Origin: Macrostomum lignano
Taxonomy: Eukaryota
Length of the DNA: 64,000 bases
Reading direction: 5' to 3'
NCBI GenBank assembly: GCA_002269645.1
Contig: NIVC01002444.1
Coordinates: forward strand, 109,151-173,150
Shown here: piece by piece, positions 22,462-36,197 of the stretch
Position numbering within the stretch: the first letter of the stretch is position 1
Layout: the number at the start of each line of letters is the position of its first letter
Notes under the pieces: generated by a model
What the model saw: the letters and a program-made list of their open reading frames with translations, nothing else
Database searches by the model: none
What the model was told of the DNA's origin: nothing
Translations under genes and position numbers: made by a program

Positions 22462-25400
22462 CTTGCGGTGGACGAACTGGTGTCCGTCTTTCTTGGTCAC
22501 TAGATGGTCAAAGAAATAGATTTTTCTGTTTAAGGAACACGAGCCGCAGAGCTAGCTATTTAAAGCAATGTTAATAACTTTATAAAAACGTCGAAAACTC
22601 GCACAGCCAAGCGAACATGTGGGACCGCCTTATCGATGGTTTATGCAAGGGCTGTTCTACTCGCTCGCGTTTCTCACTATTCTGAACCAGTCACTTGCCT
22701 TTCTTACTAATTTGGCTAGATAAACTTTGCATGTCTAATTGGCACCCTCTACTGCTCAAGTGGAGCAGTTTCTACCTGTGTTTGCACTTCTTTTCTATTG
22801 AAACATTCGAGCCAAACCCCAATCTTTTTCTGTCGGACAATTTTTATCTAATCAACAGACCAGACGGCTCCAATCATCTAATTGTGTGCTCACAAATTTG
22901 ACAGCGATTAAAAATTTAACTAAGAAAATGTGAGCAAAGGTAAATTAAAGATTAACCGCAATTTAACTGGAGTTTACCTGGCGGCTGATTCTCTCGCGAA
23001 TTCGTGCGTAACAATTCTTTAATGAGCTCACCAGTGCAATGCGCAAACAATTTTGGAATGTTAAACAATCTGTTTTGTTATCTCAAAGCCCAACTTGCAT
23101 TTCATGCACCACCAATGTCACTAATTGCCCGTGACCGTATTGGACATCGTTATGTACATGTCAGCGTAATGTACGCGTTTTTTTCTATCTTTCTTGGGCC
23201 TGCTAGTGCTGGCGCAAATTCTGCGTCTGTCGATCAGAGCTCACACACACAAGTGATTAAATGCACCAGGGGTTTTACAACTGGTAGACTATGGGGTTGT
23301 ACATTAATACCATAGTCAGGTAATGTACACTAATTGGTGCCTTGGAGGGGGGGGGGGTTGGCCCTCAATAGCGCACTGCATGCACAACCCCCAGGGAAAT
23401 CCAATTAAGAAGTAGTTCAATGTTTAAGAAACTGATCATCTGACCAGCTAAGAGCTCATAAAGTTAAAATGACGCTACTCTAAGTTGGAGTCTAATCTAG
23501 CGAAGAGAAAGCTACAATAATTGTGTCTGTTTATCCACTGATTATTATAAGCATGGTGTACAGTAACATCAACAATTGCCACCCTAGACCCGAGCAAGCG
23601 GTGACAAACCATTCGTTTTACAGTGGTGCTCAACCATTCCCTAACCTCTAGGGCAGCACTTTTTATGATACTGATTTTAAAACCATTTCATACAAAGGTT
23701 GTGGTGGGTCCGTCTACCATAAATCATAGTGAAATTTTGAATGGCAAAAACGGATCAAAGTGTTTGAATCAAAAGCTCGATGCAATGACGAAGACAAAAT
23801 AGATGCATACTACTTTCAGTAACTCCTTTAACAAATACCCGATGCGCGCAGACAGCAGCTGTAAAGCTTCCTTGACAGGATGAAGAAAGTCTTACTGAGT
23901 CTTACGGCTTGCTCGCGAAATACTTTAATGATATGGGCAAAACGTACTCAGCGAGGGAACTCACGAGATGCTACAGCTTTTATTAGAAACTCATCCAGCC
24001 TGTAATATCTTTCTAGCCAGCCTAAAAATATTAATCAAGAAGCTCCACTGCGCCGGGCCCTCGATAAAAGTCCGTCTGTTGCTAACAATTATGCAGTCGT
24101 AATAACTGCAGCCATCGCATCCCTGCACCTCCCCCCCCCTGTCTCTTCGATTGCCGCCAGAATTGAATTCGCTCTCTAATCTCCTCAGAGGAGAGGAGGG
24201 GGCGAGCAGACTGCGCTCGGAATTAGAGAAAAAGCTGAATCTATCCAAAGGCCAACCTCGCCCTCGTTTTTTCTACACTTTCCGTTCGGCGAAGAAGCTG
24301 AAAGAAGAAGATTGGGGCAGCCAGAGTTTTCTATTCTTAGCCTTTAGCCCGTGGCCTCGAAAATGGCAGCCGGTTTCAAGGAGGAGGGCGATGGGGATTA
24401 AGAATGGGAGCTGGGAGAAGAGGAGAGGCGGCAAGAGAGACTGGAGAGGGGCACAGCACAGTCGCAGTTGTTAGGCGTGCAGCGCAGGCCGCCCGTGTTC
24501 AATAGATAGATAAAGATTGCCTGCCTGCTGGCTACAGGGTCTGAGGGCCGAATTGTCCTTTCCTTTTCCTGTTCCCTAATCCCCAACTTGCCGCCCCACC
24601 CCAGCTGTCCCGCCTGTCACTGACGCAGGTGATAGGATGCGCAGGGATTATTGGGGACGGCACCCCATGAATCTGGGTCGGATAGCAGAGTGCACGGATA
24701 ACTACGTTGACATTCGGATTCGTTGTGAACACACTGAACACGCCAGAGATTGTTAGAATTATCACCCCATGTTACTCTAACTATGCTTCTTATATTTTTT
24801 ACCACTTTGACCATTTTGAGTTTTGCGGCCTTTCGTTGCAGCCACCACGGATAGTTAAAAGCTTCGCTAGAAACGTGGAACAGCTGACCACCACTCTACT
24901 GAAAGTTGAACCCGCCGCCGCTCTGAACTTAGCGGAAGCAAGAAATTGATTGGCGCGAATAAAATGGCCAGCGCGCGCAACAATATCGCCGACAAACCTT
25001 GAATAGGAGCATCGGGTGTAGGCGGCACCGGAGTAATCAGCATTGGCATTTCACCCTGTTCGTGTCTCGAACTCCCTTCTATCCGACCCTTCAGCCCACT
25101 GCCTGCACCCCAGCCGCTTTCTGCCAGCTTTTAGAGGAAAGTGTAAGATTGGGAAATGTTTGCGGGGTGTCTTGTCGGTTTGGACTTTGGAAGGCTGGTG
25201 GGGGGGCAGTGCGTAATGGGAATCGCGGAAACTTGCCGGAGCTTTGGGCGATCCCAACTCGACCGATTTCAGTCTGGCTTTGGTTCTATCAGTGCATTTC
25301 TCTGGCGAGCCTCCTCTCCATCCTTTTGCTTTGCTTCTTTTCCCTGTAATTTGATCCTAGTAACCGATTCTGACGGTACGAAAAAGGGCTTAGGGATAAA

Positions 25401-26119
25401 GCGGCAGATGGGCTGCGAGGATGCCGATCCCCTTCTCTTCATCCCAGAGCCGTCCCGGCTCTAAAGCCAGCCAGTTCTGATGTCCGCGAGATTTTCCTCG
25501 CTATCGCATAATGCTGACTGATGCTTCCTAGTTTGATGAGGGATGAGAGGCAGCTGGGAAATGAGCCCGGCGAGGGGGGTTTTGCCTAGTCGATGTCTAC
25601 CAGAGATGCCAGTGTGTTGAAGCTCTTCAGACCGGGAGTCTCGTAGTAACACTTCTCTTCTCAATATTTTCGCGAAAGTAATTTTCCTCGCTAGGGCTCG
25701 GTCTCGCTCAGATCAGCAGCATGGCGCCACCAAACTGTGTTGACAAACTGTGTTCGATCTGCAGTGTAAGATTGATAGCAGCACGCACTCCTTTTCTAAT
25801 CTTATACTGTATCGCACTGACTTCCACTCGCTCTCTTGGCAATTAGGTAACTTTCGGCACCTTTTGGTTTTGGATTTCGGGAGCGCTAATCTAATTTCCG
25901 AACAAGGAACACTAGTAGAGCATGTTTCTGCTTGCCGAATTGTTCGGGTAAAGGCAAGAGAGATTTTGTATTTCTGCTTTGCCGTTAGTTTTTAGCAAAC
26001 ATAATCCAGAAATAAGAGCTATCTATTGATAAAGTTACCTTTGCATTTGCTTGCAAATATTTCTTGCTTATTTTTTTCGGTAACAAAAATAAAGGGTACA
26101 CACATGTAGAGCAGTGCAA

Positions 26120-27160
26120 GGGTAACTAGATGTGTTCAAGGGTGTCTAGATGACTGCAATGGTGTCTAAATGAGTGCAAGAGTATCAGATGAGTGCGAGG
26201 GTATCTAGATGAGTGCAAGGGTATCTAGATGAGTGCAAGGGTGTCTAGATGAGTGCGAGGGTATCTAGATGAGTGCAAGAGTATCTAGATGAGTGCAAGG
26301 GTATCTAGATGAGTGCGAGGGTATCTAGATGAGTGCAAGAGTATCTAGATGAGTGCAAGGGTATCTAGATGAGTGCAAGGGTATCTAGATGAGTGCAAGG
26401 GTGTCTAGATGAGTGCAAGGGTATCAAGATGAGTGCAAGGGTATCTAGATGAGTGCAAGGGTATCTAGATGAGTGCGAGGGTATCTAGATGAGTGCAAGA
26501 GTATCTAGATGAGTGCAAGGGTATCTAGATGAGTGCGAGGGTATCTAGATGAGTGCAAGAGTATCTAGATGAGTGCAAGGGTATCTAGATGAGTGCAAGG
26601 GTATCTAGATGAGTGCAAGGGTGTCTAGATGAGTGCAAGGGTATCAAGATGAGTGCAAGGGTATCTAGATGAGTGCAAGGGTATCTAGATGAGTGCAAGG
26701 GTGTCAAGATGAGTGGAAGGGTATCTAGATGAGTGCAAGGGTATCTAGATGAGTGAAAGAGTATCTAGATGAGTGCAAGGGTATCTAGATGAGTGCAAGG
26801 GTACCTAGATGAGTGCAAGGGTGTCTAGATGAGTGCAAGGGTATCTAGATGAGTGCAAGGGTATCTAGATGAGTGCAAGGGTATCTAGATGAGTGCAAGG
26901 GTGTCAAGATGAGTGCAAGGGTATCTAGATGAGTGCAAGGGTATCTAGATGAGTAAAAGAGTATCTAGATGAGTGAAAGAGTATCTAGATGAGTGCAAGG
27001 GTATCTAGATGAGTGCAAGGGTATCTAGATGAGTGCAAGGGTATCTAGATGAGTGCAAGGGTATCTAGATGAGTGCAAGGGTGTCTAGATGAGTGCAAGG
27101 GATCTAGATGAGTGCAAGGGTGTCTAGATGAGTGCAAGGGTATCTAGATGAGCGCAAGCA
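26120..27160. repeat. 20-nt minisatellite (GTATCTAGATGAGTGCAAGG)n
   Basis: Visible array of about 50 copies with a degenerate left edge. Confidence 0.96.
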
Positions 27161-27677
27161 AGGGTATTATTAGTCGAGGCTTCTTTACCTTGAAATTTTG
27201 CGCCCTCCAGGGTAAACGCAATGCTGGAGTCAATCCCACTTGGTTGAAGATGGCAAGTAAGATCCCATTTTGGAGTGACGTATGCTTAGGTTAGATCGAT
27301 GGTTAGATATGTCAGTTGCTCAACTCGCCTATGAAGCCAATTCAGACAATTCAATTGATTAGCGGTCACTGGGATTGCAGATAAGCGGCATTGGATTTTC
27401 TGCTGTCACAAAAATATCAATCAGTCTCCACTGGAGATGAGGAAATATGGAAATTTTTAGTCAGGGTCACAAAATTTGCCTGGAAATTCATTAACGAAAT
27501 TGATTTTTTTCAACTTTATTTTATAGTTGGCATAAATTACAGTGGGTGAAGTTTTACCCGAAACAACCTCCGCGTGGCAATTAGCCAATTTGACTAGATG
27601 GATAGAGAGAGCTGCAGCTCTGCTAGAATCAGAGGCAGGGCGAAGCCGCAACCCCAGATCGGCTGGAAAAAGTGATG

Positions 27678-28530
27678 GCGCCCCTTGCAGTAGCTTTGGC
27701 GCTTATGGAACTGGCGCCCCTTGCAGTAGCTTTGGCGCTTATGGAACTGGCGCCCCTTGAAGTAGCTTTGGCGCTTATGGAACTGGCGCCCCTTGCAGTA
27801 GCTTTGGCGCATATGGAACTGGCTCCCCTTGTAGTAGCTTTGGCGCTTATGGAACTGGCTCCCCTTGTAGTAGCTTTGGCGCTTATGGAACTGGCTCCCC
27901 TTGTAGTAGCTTTGGCGCTTATGGAACTGGCTCCCCTTGAAGTAGCTTTGGCGCTTATGAAACTGGCTCCCCTTGTAGTAGCTTTGGCGCTTATGGAACT
28001 GGCTCCCCTTGAAGTAGCTTTGGCGCATATGGAACTGGCTCCCCTTGTAGTAGCTTTGGCGCTTATGGAACTGGCGCCCCTTGAAGTAGCTTTGGCGCTT
28101 ATGAAACTGGCGCCCCTTGTAGTAGCTTTGGCGCTTATGGAACTGACGACCGTTGCAGTAGCTTTGGCGCATATGGAACTGACGACCGTTGCAGTAGCTT
28201 TGGCGCTTATGGAACTGGCGCCCCTTGAAGTAGCTTTGGCGCTCATGGAACTGGTTCCACTTGAAGTAGCTTTGGCGCTTATGGAACTGGCGCCCCTTGA
28301 AGTAGCTTTGGCGCTTATGGAACTGGTTCCACTTGAAGTAGCTTTGGAGCTTATGGAACTGGCGCCCCTTGAAGTAGCTTTGGCGCTTATGGAACTGGTT
28401 CCACTTGAAGTAGCTTTGGCGCTTATGGAACTGGCTCCCCTTGAAGTAGCTTTGGCGCTTATGGAACTGGCGCCCCTTGAAGTAGCTTTGGCGCTTATGG
28501 AACTGGCGCCCCTTGCAGTAGCTTTGGCGC
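27678..28530. repeat. 36-nt minisatellite (GCGCCCCTTGAAGTAGCTTTGGCGCTTATGGAACTG)n
   Basis: About 23 copies. Unit length is a multiple of 3, which explains the long ORFs on both strands. Confidence 0.95.
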
Positions 28531-28569
28531 CTCTGTTACTGGCGCACAGTCAAATTAAATAGCGCCATG

Positions 28570-28811
28570 GTTGTGAGGCGCGGTGCATCTGAAGGCTGCG
28601 TACGGCTGTTCAGTCCAAGGACTGGGAGGTCGCCACACACCCTCAATTACCCCAGCTAATGCTGGCACCCATTTTACAGCTGGGTGAATTGAAGCAATAC
28701 AGAGTTAAGTGTCTTGCTCAAGGAAACAAATCGTTCCAGTGGGATCGGGAATCGAACCCCCCAACCTTCAAGTCGTGAGTCCGACTCACTAACCCCTAGG
28801 CTACAACCCCC
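28570..28811 (-). mobile_element. tRNA-derived SINE with CORE/V/Meta-like central domain
   Basis: Minus strand: A box TAGCCTAGGGGTTAG, B box GGTTCGATTCC, then CCTTGAGCAAGACACTTAAC...CCCAGCTGTAAAATGGGT, resembling conserved SINE central domains from memory. Confidence 0.75.
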
Positions 28812-31383
28812 TTTAGTGTTTTAGCACTAAAATGACAATGTGTCACTTCCCTTGCTGTGATGCAAAGGTTTAAAGGTGCGAAATTGTCAAGTAAGTGCTA
28901 AAAAACTGAAAACAAAACTTCCTATGAAGTGTCTCGATAATGCGTTGTGAATAATTTGTGAAAAACCTCGCTCCAGTGAATTAATTATTGACGAATTGTG
29001 AGTTTAGCGTCTTTCAATCTTTAGTTCCCCATGCTTGAGTCTAATATAGGACGCTGAACTGCTCGATTTCTCAGTCGCACAAGTTGAATCGGCATGGCAG
29101 GGCAGAATGCACTGTCGAGAATGACGAGAACTGCCCGAGTTTGAGTGCCGCCAGCTCCCGAGTTTGGCCGGACTGCGAGAGCGATCGAGCGACCGCCTCC
29201 CCCCTTCCCCAGGCCCCTGACTTCTCCTCTTCGGCCGCCACAAACAGCCGGGCCGGCAGCAGCTAGTGGCGGCAGGCTCAGTGCCGAGCCGGGGGGGGGG
29301 GCTTTGCGATTTGGATCAAGTTCTGCATAATAATTGATGCAATGAGCTTCTCCAGGGGACGGGAATTCGATGGGAACACACACACACACACACACAGGGA
29401 GAATCGGATGAGGACGCAGAAACGGTCCGCCAGAGCTTCCCTCCGGGGCCGACCTAAATTGTCTGAAATTATCCCGACGCATAGAAAACCTCGCGCAGTC
29501 CGCCAGCAACGCCGAGCTCCGAGCGCCAGCGCGCCGTGTCGAAAAGGCCGATGGGTTCAGTGGGCTACAGCTGCTTTCATCTTTCCAGCTAGCTGCAAAA
29601 GATGCAATACGCGTCTTAGCTAAAATGGATTGCAGTTAGCTCGCGGCGGCTGCGGCTTCTTTGTGCAAATGAGACCGCTTTTTCAATTTCCGCTCTCGGT
29701 ACATAGGCGGTCCCTCCGTTTTAGGGGCCTGGATTCTAGCGATATCGCTACTCTAAAAAAGCAACAGAAAAAGAGCCAGCCGGGTCTGATCCAAATTTTT
29801 TTAGCCCAGATGAAGGCGGGGAAAGACCGGCCTGAAGGGTAGAGTGGGATGCGCAGAGAGGAAGCTGGGGGCGGCGCTGACAAATCTAGCTGAACCAACT
29901 TCGAGGTTGCACTTTGTCAGCTCTCTGCCCCTCCCTAGTAGCGCTTTGCCCCCGAACTGGCTGGCTGGCTGTGTTTCAATGCGTTTTGGCTTAACCTTAG
30001 GGGCGAATAAATTCGCCATATACCAGGCAGCTGGCAGTAGCGCTCTCAACACCCAGCCGCAGTTTCTAGTATACTCCCTCTGGGGCCTGTGCTCTTTACC
30101 CATCTCTGCATCAGTTTCGCCAGTGCTCCACTCTGCCCAGATGCTTGCCAGGATCTGACGCGCAATTTTCTTTGCCGGAGCAAACCGCGCACACAGCAGT
30201 GGCTTGGCTGCAGCGCCAATAGTCACTAATGGCTATCAGTAATAATAAAGAGTGCAAAAAATGGGGCCAGCGCCAATTCTGTGGGGTAATACGCAGATAG
30301 CTACTGAGGAAAACCGAACCCTTACATTGTGCTCCTGTTCTTCCATGCGGCCAGTCTAATTTGCATACATTTTGCTCTCTTAGCCACTTAATTGGTTTCA
30401 CTTCTGGTTTAGTAGAGAATTCTGCCCGAGCAGAATTTGCTTTCCACTTGCGCAGTTGAAGGGGTGGCCAAGGAAACTGATATTACACACACACTGCTCA
30501 AGCACCAAGCGATCAGGAACCGCTATTCGGGACTCGCAGTTCAGAATGCGACTTCCCACACAGTATGGCCATATAGAGGAAAGGGTAGAGTGCAAGCTGT
30601 TTACCCAACTCCTTAATTAGTCCGTCGTCCCCTGTCTAGTCCTGATGCCCTCTTTCCTTACTAGCTCAACAGCTCAACGCAGGACGCAGGGATCCGCAGT
30701 CAGTCTGATGAGCGCCCTGCATCCCCGCTGATGCCAATCACCCTCGTGGACTCTGGCAAACACAGCTCCCTCCGACCGGAATCGGAGTCTTACCTCCCTG
30801 CCCCGACCATCAGCTGAAAAAACTTGCCCTATTTTTTCATAGCAACGGCAACGGGAGGAGGGCGATAGCGCATTACGGGGCGAATGGCGCATCCCCAATC
30901 GCCGGAGCCCCCTCATGCGTAGACGTCGCCACCCGGCCCCATCCCTCGAATCGGGATTTATTGCACGGACAGGGGCGGACCCCCCCCCCCCCCCCCTTAC
31001 TTCCCGACTGCTGCTGCCCCGTCTCTGGCGCGGCCCCAACTAGCAACTTTGCAGCTCCCCTGACTCTGAATTCCCATTCCGTTTACACGCGCGAGCCAAC
31101 CAATTGCGCCTGCGAAAGGACCCAATACTCGCTGCTCCCCTGCCCCCCTCCCCTCCCTGTCTCTATCCAAAAATAGTCCAGCGCTGACATTTGTGCGCCA
31201 CAGTACAAATAGTTACCCGCCAGCCGCGCCTCCCCAACCTCCCTCTTCACTAGGCTGCCGCTGCAGCTCCCTCCGTACAACAAGGCGTCTGAATCCCCCC
31301 CCCCTTATTTATCAGGATCAGCTCCGCCTTAGCGCTTCAGCTGATTCCTGTCCGAGCTCCTCTGCAAGCCGTGGCCCCGACAG

Positions 31384-32313
31384 GTAGAGCGCTGCCGGAG
31401 CTCCCTGCGTCTCCGATCTAACGGTTCGCATCCGCCCAGCCGCGCCTCCTTCACTCCATTGGGAGCGACGGGTCCGCGCAGTCTCTCTGGCAGCCCTGGA
31501 TCGGGGAGTCGAACCCGGGCCAGCCGCAAGACGGGGACCCGAGCAGCGTCAGCCGCCGCAGCAGCCGCAGCAGCCGCCGCAGCCGCAGCAGCATCGGCCG
31601 TTGAAGCTGACGACGCAGCCGCTTCAGCGTCAGCAGCAGCAGCAGCTACGGTCGAGTCGCCATTATCAGCCAGGGTCGGCCTCAGCGGCGTCAGAGGAGG
31701 AGGCGTCAGCAGCAACGTCGGTAGCACCAGCAGCGTCGTCGGCGGAAGCGGCCACAGTGGCAGCGGCGGAGGTGGCAGCGTCGGCGCCGGCGACAGCGGT
31801 AGCAGCATCAACGGGCTCGCCTTTCTGGGCGAATCCACGTCGCCTGCGACTTCGTCTGCACCCCGGCCAACAGCTGCGGCAGCCGCAGCGGCCGCCGCAA
31901 TCACGTGGCAACCGTGGATGGTCCACGTGATCATCAGCGCACTGTGCCTGCTGCTCCTCGCCATCAGCTTCGCCGCCTATCACAGGAAGCGCCGAAAAGT
32001 GGCGGTCGCCAAGCAGCACCGGCTATGGAAGCGGGGCGCTAAGCTGCGCATGATGTCCAGCGCGGTTGGCATCACCCAGTCGCTCGGCCTTCACTTCACC
32101 AACGACATCAACGCCATCGCGGGCTCCGGGCAGCTCGACTTTCTCACCAGAGAGGCCTTGGACAGCTCCAACTTCAGCGGCGACTTCGGCGTCCCGTTTG
32201 GTGGAGCCGGCGGCCTGACAGCCGGAGCCCTCGATCCCGGCAAGAAAAAGGGCGGCCTGCTCATGTTCGACTTTCGCAAGCAGTCGACAAGGGCCTCAGG
32301 TGGGACCGGCTGA
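31384..32313 (+). CDS. Putative single-pass membrane protein with Ala/Ser/Gly-rich N-region; start uncertain
   Basis: Frame open 31345-32313, GC-rich, with hydrophobic VHVIISALCLLLLAISFAAY followed by basic HRKRRK. First in-frame ATG is only at 31918. No homolog recognised. Confidence 0.5.
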   Translation, partial: VERCRSSLRLRSNGSHPPSRASFTPLGATGPRSLSGSPGSGSRTRASRKTGTRAASAAAAAAAAAAAAAASAVEADDAAASASAAAAATVESPLSARVGLSGVRGGGVSSNVGSTSSVVGGSGHSGSGGGGSVGAGDSGSSINGLAFLGESTSPATSSAPRPTAAAAAAAAAITWQPWMVHVIISALCLLLLAISFAAYHRKRRKVAVAKQHRLWKRGAKLRMMSSAVGITQSLGLHFTNDINAIAGSGQLDFLTREALDSSNFSGDFGVPFGGAGGLTAGALDPGKKKGGLLMFDFRKQSTRASGGTG

Positions 32314-32999
32314 GCCCCGCAGCCGCCTCAACTCCCTGCTCGCCCGTCTGTCGAAAATTCCCCACAGTCTTGACCTGTCTGTATCCCACTTCCTTGCCTT
32401 TTCAATTCTGTTCCTTCGCATTCTTCATCGGTATTGACGCTCGTTGTTAGGGTTCGTCTTTCTGGTTCGAAGACTATTTAGAGGTCTGTGAGCTGGCTAT
32501 TAGCCATAATGTAGATCAAATGTAATGAATAAAAATGTTTAACGTCAAGTATTCGCTTGAGGGTTTTAACTTTCGTTTTTAACTTGCGGGTCCCATTTAG
32601 CCAGATTAAACGTTTTATCTTCGCTGACTCTTCTCAGCCTCTCCGGAGCTGCTCGAATCTTTTTCCTGTCTCTCGGTGCACTCACGTTGATTAATGATTA
32701 CCTGTTTTACCATGCAATATTTGAAACACTTGTTGACATGCCTTTCTTAGATTGAACACTTTTTGGCGAGCCGCTAAATTTATCTTTAATTTTGCTTTTT
32801 CCCCAACACAAAGCGTGTTTTCAATGCCCGCATTAGCCCAATCGAGCGTTGGGGTGCCTGCAGTGTGCGTTGGAGTGAGGCTGCCACCCGCCTTACATGT
32901 AGCACCACCCGCCCAGACGCTTCTCTTTGCCTCCAGAGTCCTGCAGGGTCGACAAACCTTTTTTTACCTCAAGGGCCAGATGGAGAACCTATGGGTCAG

Positions 33000-33122
33000 A
33001 GGAGGGGAGAGAGGAGAGGAGAGGAGAGGAGAGGAAAGGAAAGCAGAGGAGAGGAGAGGAGAAAGGAAAATAGGAGAGAAAAGAGAAGAGAAAAGATATA
33101 AGAGAGATGAGAGCTGAGAAGA
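33000..33122. repeat. GA-rich purine microsatellite
   Basis: (GAGAG)n-type tract. Confidence 0.85.
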
Positions 33123-34770
33123 GACACCAACCTTGAGCGAGCCGGATTGCTATTGTGAGTTTCAATGGACCCGAGGACCCGATAGAGAGAGGCTTCGCGG
33201 GCTGCACGTGTTTGGCGACCCCTGCTTTGGACCATCGCTGTCCTCAGTTTTGAATCTGTGCCAGTAGTTGAATTTGAACTACTTGAAAGGCACAAGAGAC
33301 TACTTGCAGTCTGGCATCCGAAATGGTAAGTGCGCTGTGCTCTTCATCGACCATTCTCCCTTGATTAATCCTTGCCTATTTTATTTTTACCTGGATTAAC
33401 TGTCTCTGTCTTTTTTAAAACTCATTCAAAATCTCTCTCAGTTTTGAGCATAGACTCTGCACCTCCCCTCACATCCTTAGCTGTCTCAGGCCTGCGCTGA
33501 GTGTCGATCGTTGCAGTGATTTCTATTGGCGAAGATTGACCTTATTTGCACTGAATGCATCAGTTATTCTGTTCCTGATTGTTGGATCTGTGTCTCTATT
33601 AAATAAAGTATTTATCTGCAAAAGGATCGCTTTGTGAAAAATTGCTAGTAAGAAATTTATTTTCAATTCCCGGCTATGATAGGAGAGATCAAAGGGCTTG
33701 CCGCTGTCTGCGGCCCCTCATTCTCTGATAGCGAGTCCGCTTATTTCTCAAGCAACACCGCGCCTTGCTTATCAGTGCAGCCAGCGATGCTATATATTCA
33801 TAACTTCTATTTATTATCTATAATGAATATAAATATAATTTACTTTTTCTATAACTTTCTCACTCAGTCAAGATATATATTTCTATAAATATTTTACTCC
33901 GTAAATAAAAACAGAACGACAGTGACGTGTTTCTCTCTCAAATTGAAAATCATCGAGACATGATGCATCTTGAACGATATGACGCTTATTAACCTGGCTG
34001 TCTTCTGGCTTAAAACCGTAGCTTACTGCCTGCTGGCTGCAGATGAGTGCCAAAAACCCACCTAAAGGCTTCAGCAACTTTGTTTCGCTGCTTTTATCTG
34101 CTTTCAAAATGTAGATTCGCCGGTCATACTCATACATTGAGTCAGTAACAGTAACTCTGCATTACAGCTGAGACGCTTAGCTGGCAAAGCAGAAGAGCAT
34201 GCGAATCCAGCAGCAAGTTGAGACAAGAGAAGGCTGCAGACACACTGCACTGAGCATACGGGACCAACAATCCGACACTCAGTGGGCTCAGAGCCTCAGA
34301 CTCGGGCTTCCCCGTCATTTGCAAACAGGTGGCTTTCTCGTTCGCCGGTCCACCCTGTACGACAGCTTTGGCGCCTCGCCAACCCCGATGCAGTTCGCCA
34401 AGAGTGCAGGGGCCGCCACTCGATTCGGCGGTGCCGGTGGCGTGGACTCAACCTGTGAGTAACTAGTGTCTTCAGCATAGTTTCCTGTACATTTTCCAAC
34501 TGATCTTACTTTTATCTTTGTAGAGGCTTGTTGAGCAGCTGTACGTAGTGTGCACACCGAACTATTTCAAGCCTGGTTTGTCTTTCGATACAGCCCATTG
34601 TATAGAAGTACTCTCACCTTCACTAAATTATTTGTTTTTGCTTTGGAGCTTTGCTGATGGTAAATTTAGAAATCAGATTTTTATCAATTTCAAAGCGTCA
34701 TTTGTTGATTCGTCGTTACAGTTCGTACATGTGCATAACCTTAATTATGAAAACTACGAAAGATACTTAT

Positions 34771-34774
<4 letters not shown>

Positions 34775-34861
<87 letters not shown>

Positions 34862-35012
34862 GAAAAGATAAATGGATACAGCTCACAGATACAGTTCATA
34901 GATACAGTTCATAGATACAGTTCATAGATACAGCTCACAGATACAGTTCATAGATACAGTTCATAGATACAGTTCATAGATACAGCTCACAGATACAGCT
35001 CACAGATACAGC
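34775..35012. repeat. (TAGA)n microsatellite followed by 13-nt repeat (ACAGTTCATAGAT)n
   Basis: Directly visible. Confidence 0.93.
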
Positions 35013-35591
35013 TCGCTATGACCCCGCTTAAGCCACGACCGTATTGAAGTTTGCATTATAAAAGTAGGTTATAATTTTGCCATTCAAACGGAGCATTGAC
35101 CAGCTTTGGCAGTTCGGCCTACAGCACCGACTAGGGCAGCCAACTAGCTCGCTATAAAAGAGCCGGCTGAGTTCATGCCCAGTTTTTTGAGGCCCTAATT
35201 GCCTCCGGTTGCCCCCCCCCCCAACCCCCATACAAGCTCCGCAGCTCTACAGGCTCATGATCCAAGCATCCATTGTCATTGCAGGCTGACAATTATTTTT
35301 TTTTACTGGCGGGTAATCGCGCGTGAAAGCAGTAATAAAAGCGGATCTAGCTGGTGGCTTTTTCAGCAGCCTGAGCGAGTGTCCTGCTTGACAGTAGAAT
35401 ATAGAAACTGCAGTTTCGAATGCGCTTTAATTTTACGTCATAAAACAAATCGAACGGCAGAGTAATTATTTTCTATTTAAAAAAACTTAAGAAAAACTGC
35501 GTGACACCGGCAGAAAAGTGGAGTTGAAGCAAAATTCAAGTTGCTTTTATCTCTGAAGCTATTTTTTCTACATCAGGGCCTCTCTATCCGG

Positions 35592-35852
35592 CCCTTGCTC
35601 CTCTCTCACCCTCTTGCTCCTCTCTCACCCTCTTGCTCCTCTCTCACCCTCTTGCTCCTCTCTCACCCTCTTGCTCCTCTCTCACCCTCTTGCTCCTCTC
35701 TCACCCTCTTGCTCCTCTCTCACCCTCTTGCTCCTCTCTCACCCTCTTGCTCCTCTCTCACCCTCTTGCTCCTCTCTCACCCTCTTGCTCCTCTCTCACC
35801 CTCTTGCTCCTCTCTCACCCTCTTGCTCCTCTCTCACCCTCTTGCTCCTCTC
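35592..35852. repeat. 19-nt pyrimidine minisatellite (CCCTCTTGCTCCTCTCTCA)n
   Basis: About 13 perfect copies. Confidence 0.95.
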
Positions 35853-36197
35853 CTTCAGGTCTCTTCGTTCCTCTCTCGCCTCCTCTCATCTTTTCTCTCA
35901 TCTCTCATCTCCTCTTTCCAGAGACATTATTCTAAGATGGGATTGACTGTACCAGAAAGCCACATCTTCTGCAAGCGAAGAAAGAACTGAAGGATTATTC
36001 AGTCTTGAATTTCGACATTTGAACTTCTTTATTTGGTTCTTAGCGTTAAATTACTAACTTATACTAAGCAAAAACTGTTGACAGAGAAATGAGGACTTTT
36101 TTGTATCATTCGAACAAATTCTCAGTTCAAATATGACTCTCTAAAGTGGCTACTTTGGTATCAGTAGCCATTGAATCCAGTTCAGCTACTCATAAAT

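Noticed and set aside
23690-23990. Possible gag relic (FEWQKRIKVFESKARCNDEDKI...)
   Set aside because: It is short, interrupted by stops, and has no diagnostic motif.
24000-25700. GC-moderate segments with many short ORFs (also 29000-31300, 37300-39900, 41240-41950)
   Set aside because: No homology motifs, coherent splice structure or RNA-gene signatures were recognised. Left unannotated.
27594-28562. ORFs (MELAPLEVALAL)n, (KRQSYFKGRQFH)n and (SAKATSRGASSI)n
   Set aside because: A 36-nt unit keeps several frames open by construction. There is no unique flanking coding sequence, and starts are GTG or internal to the repeat.
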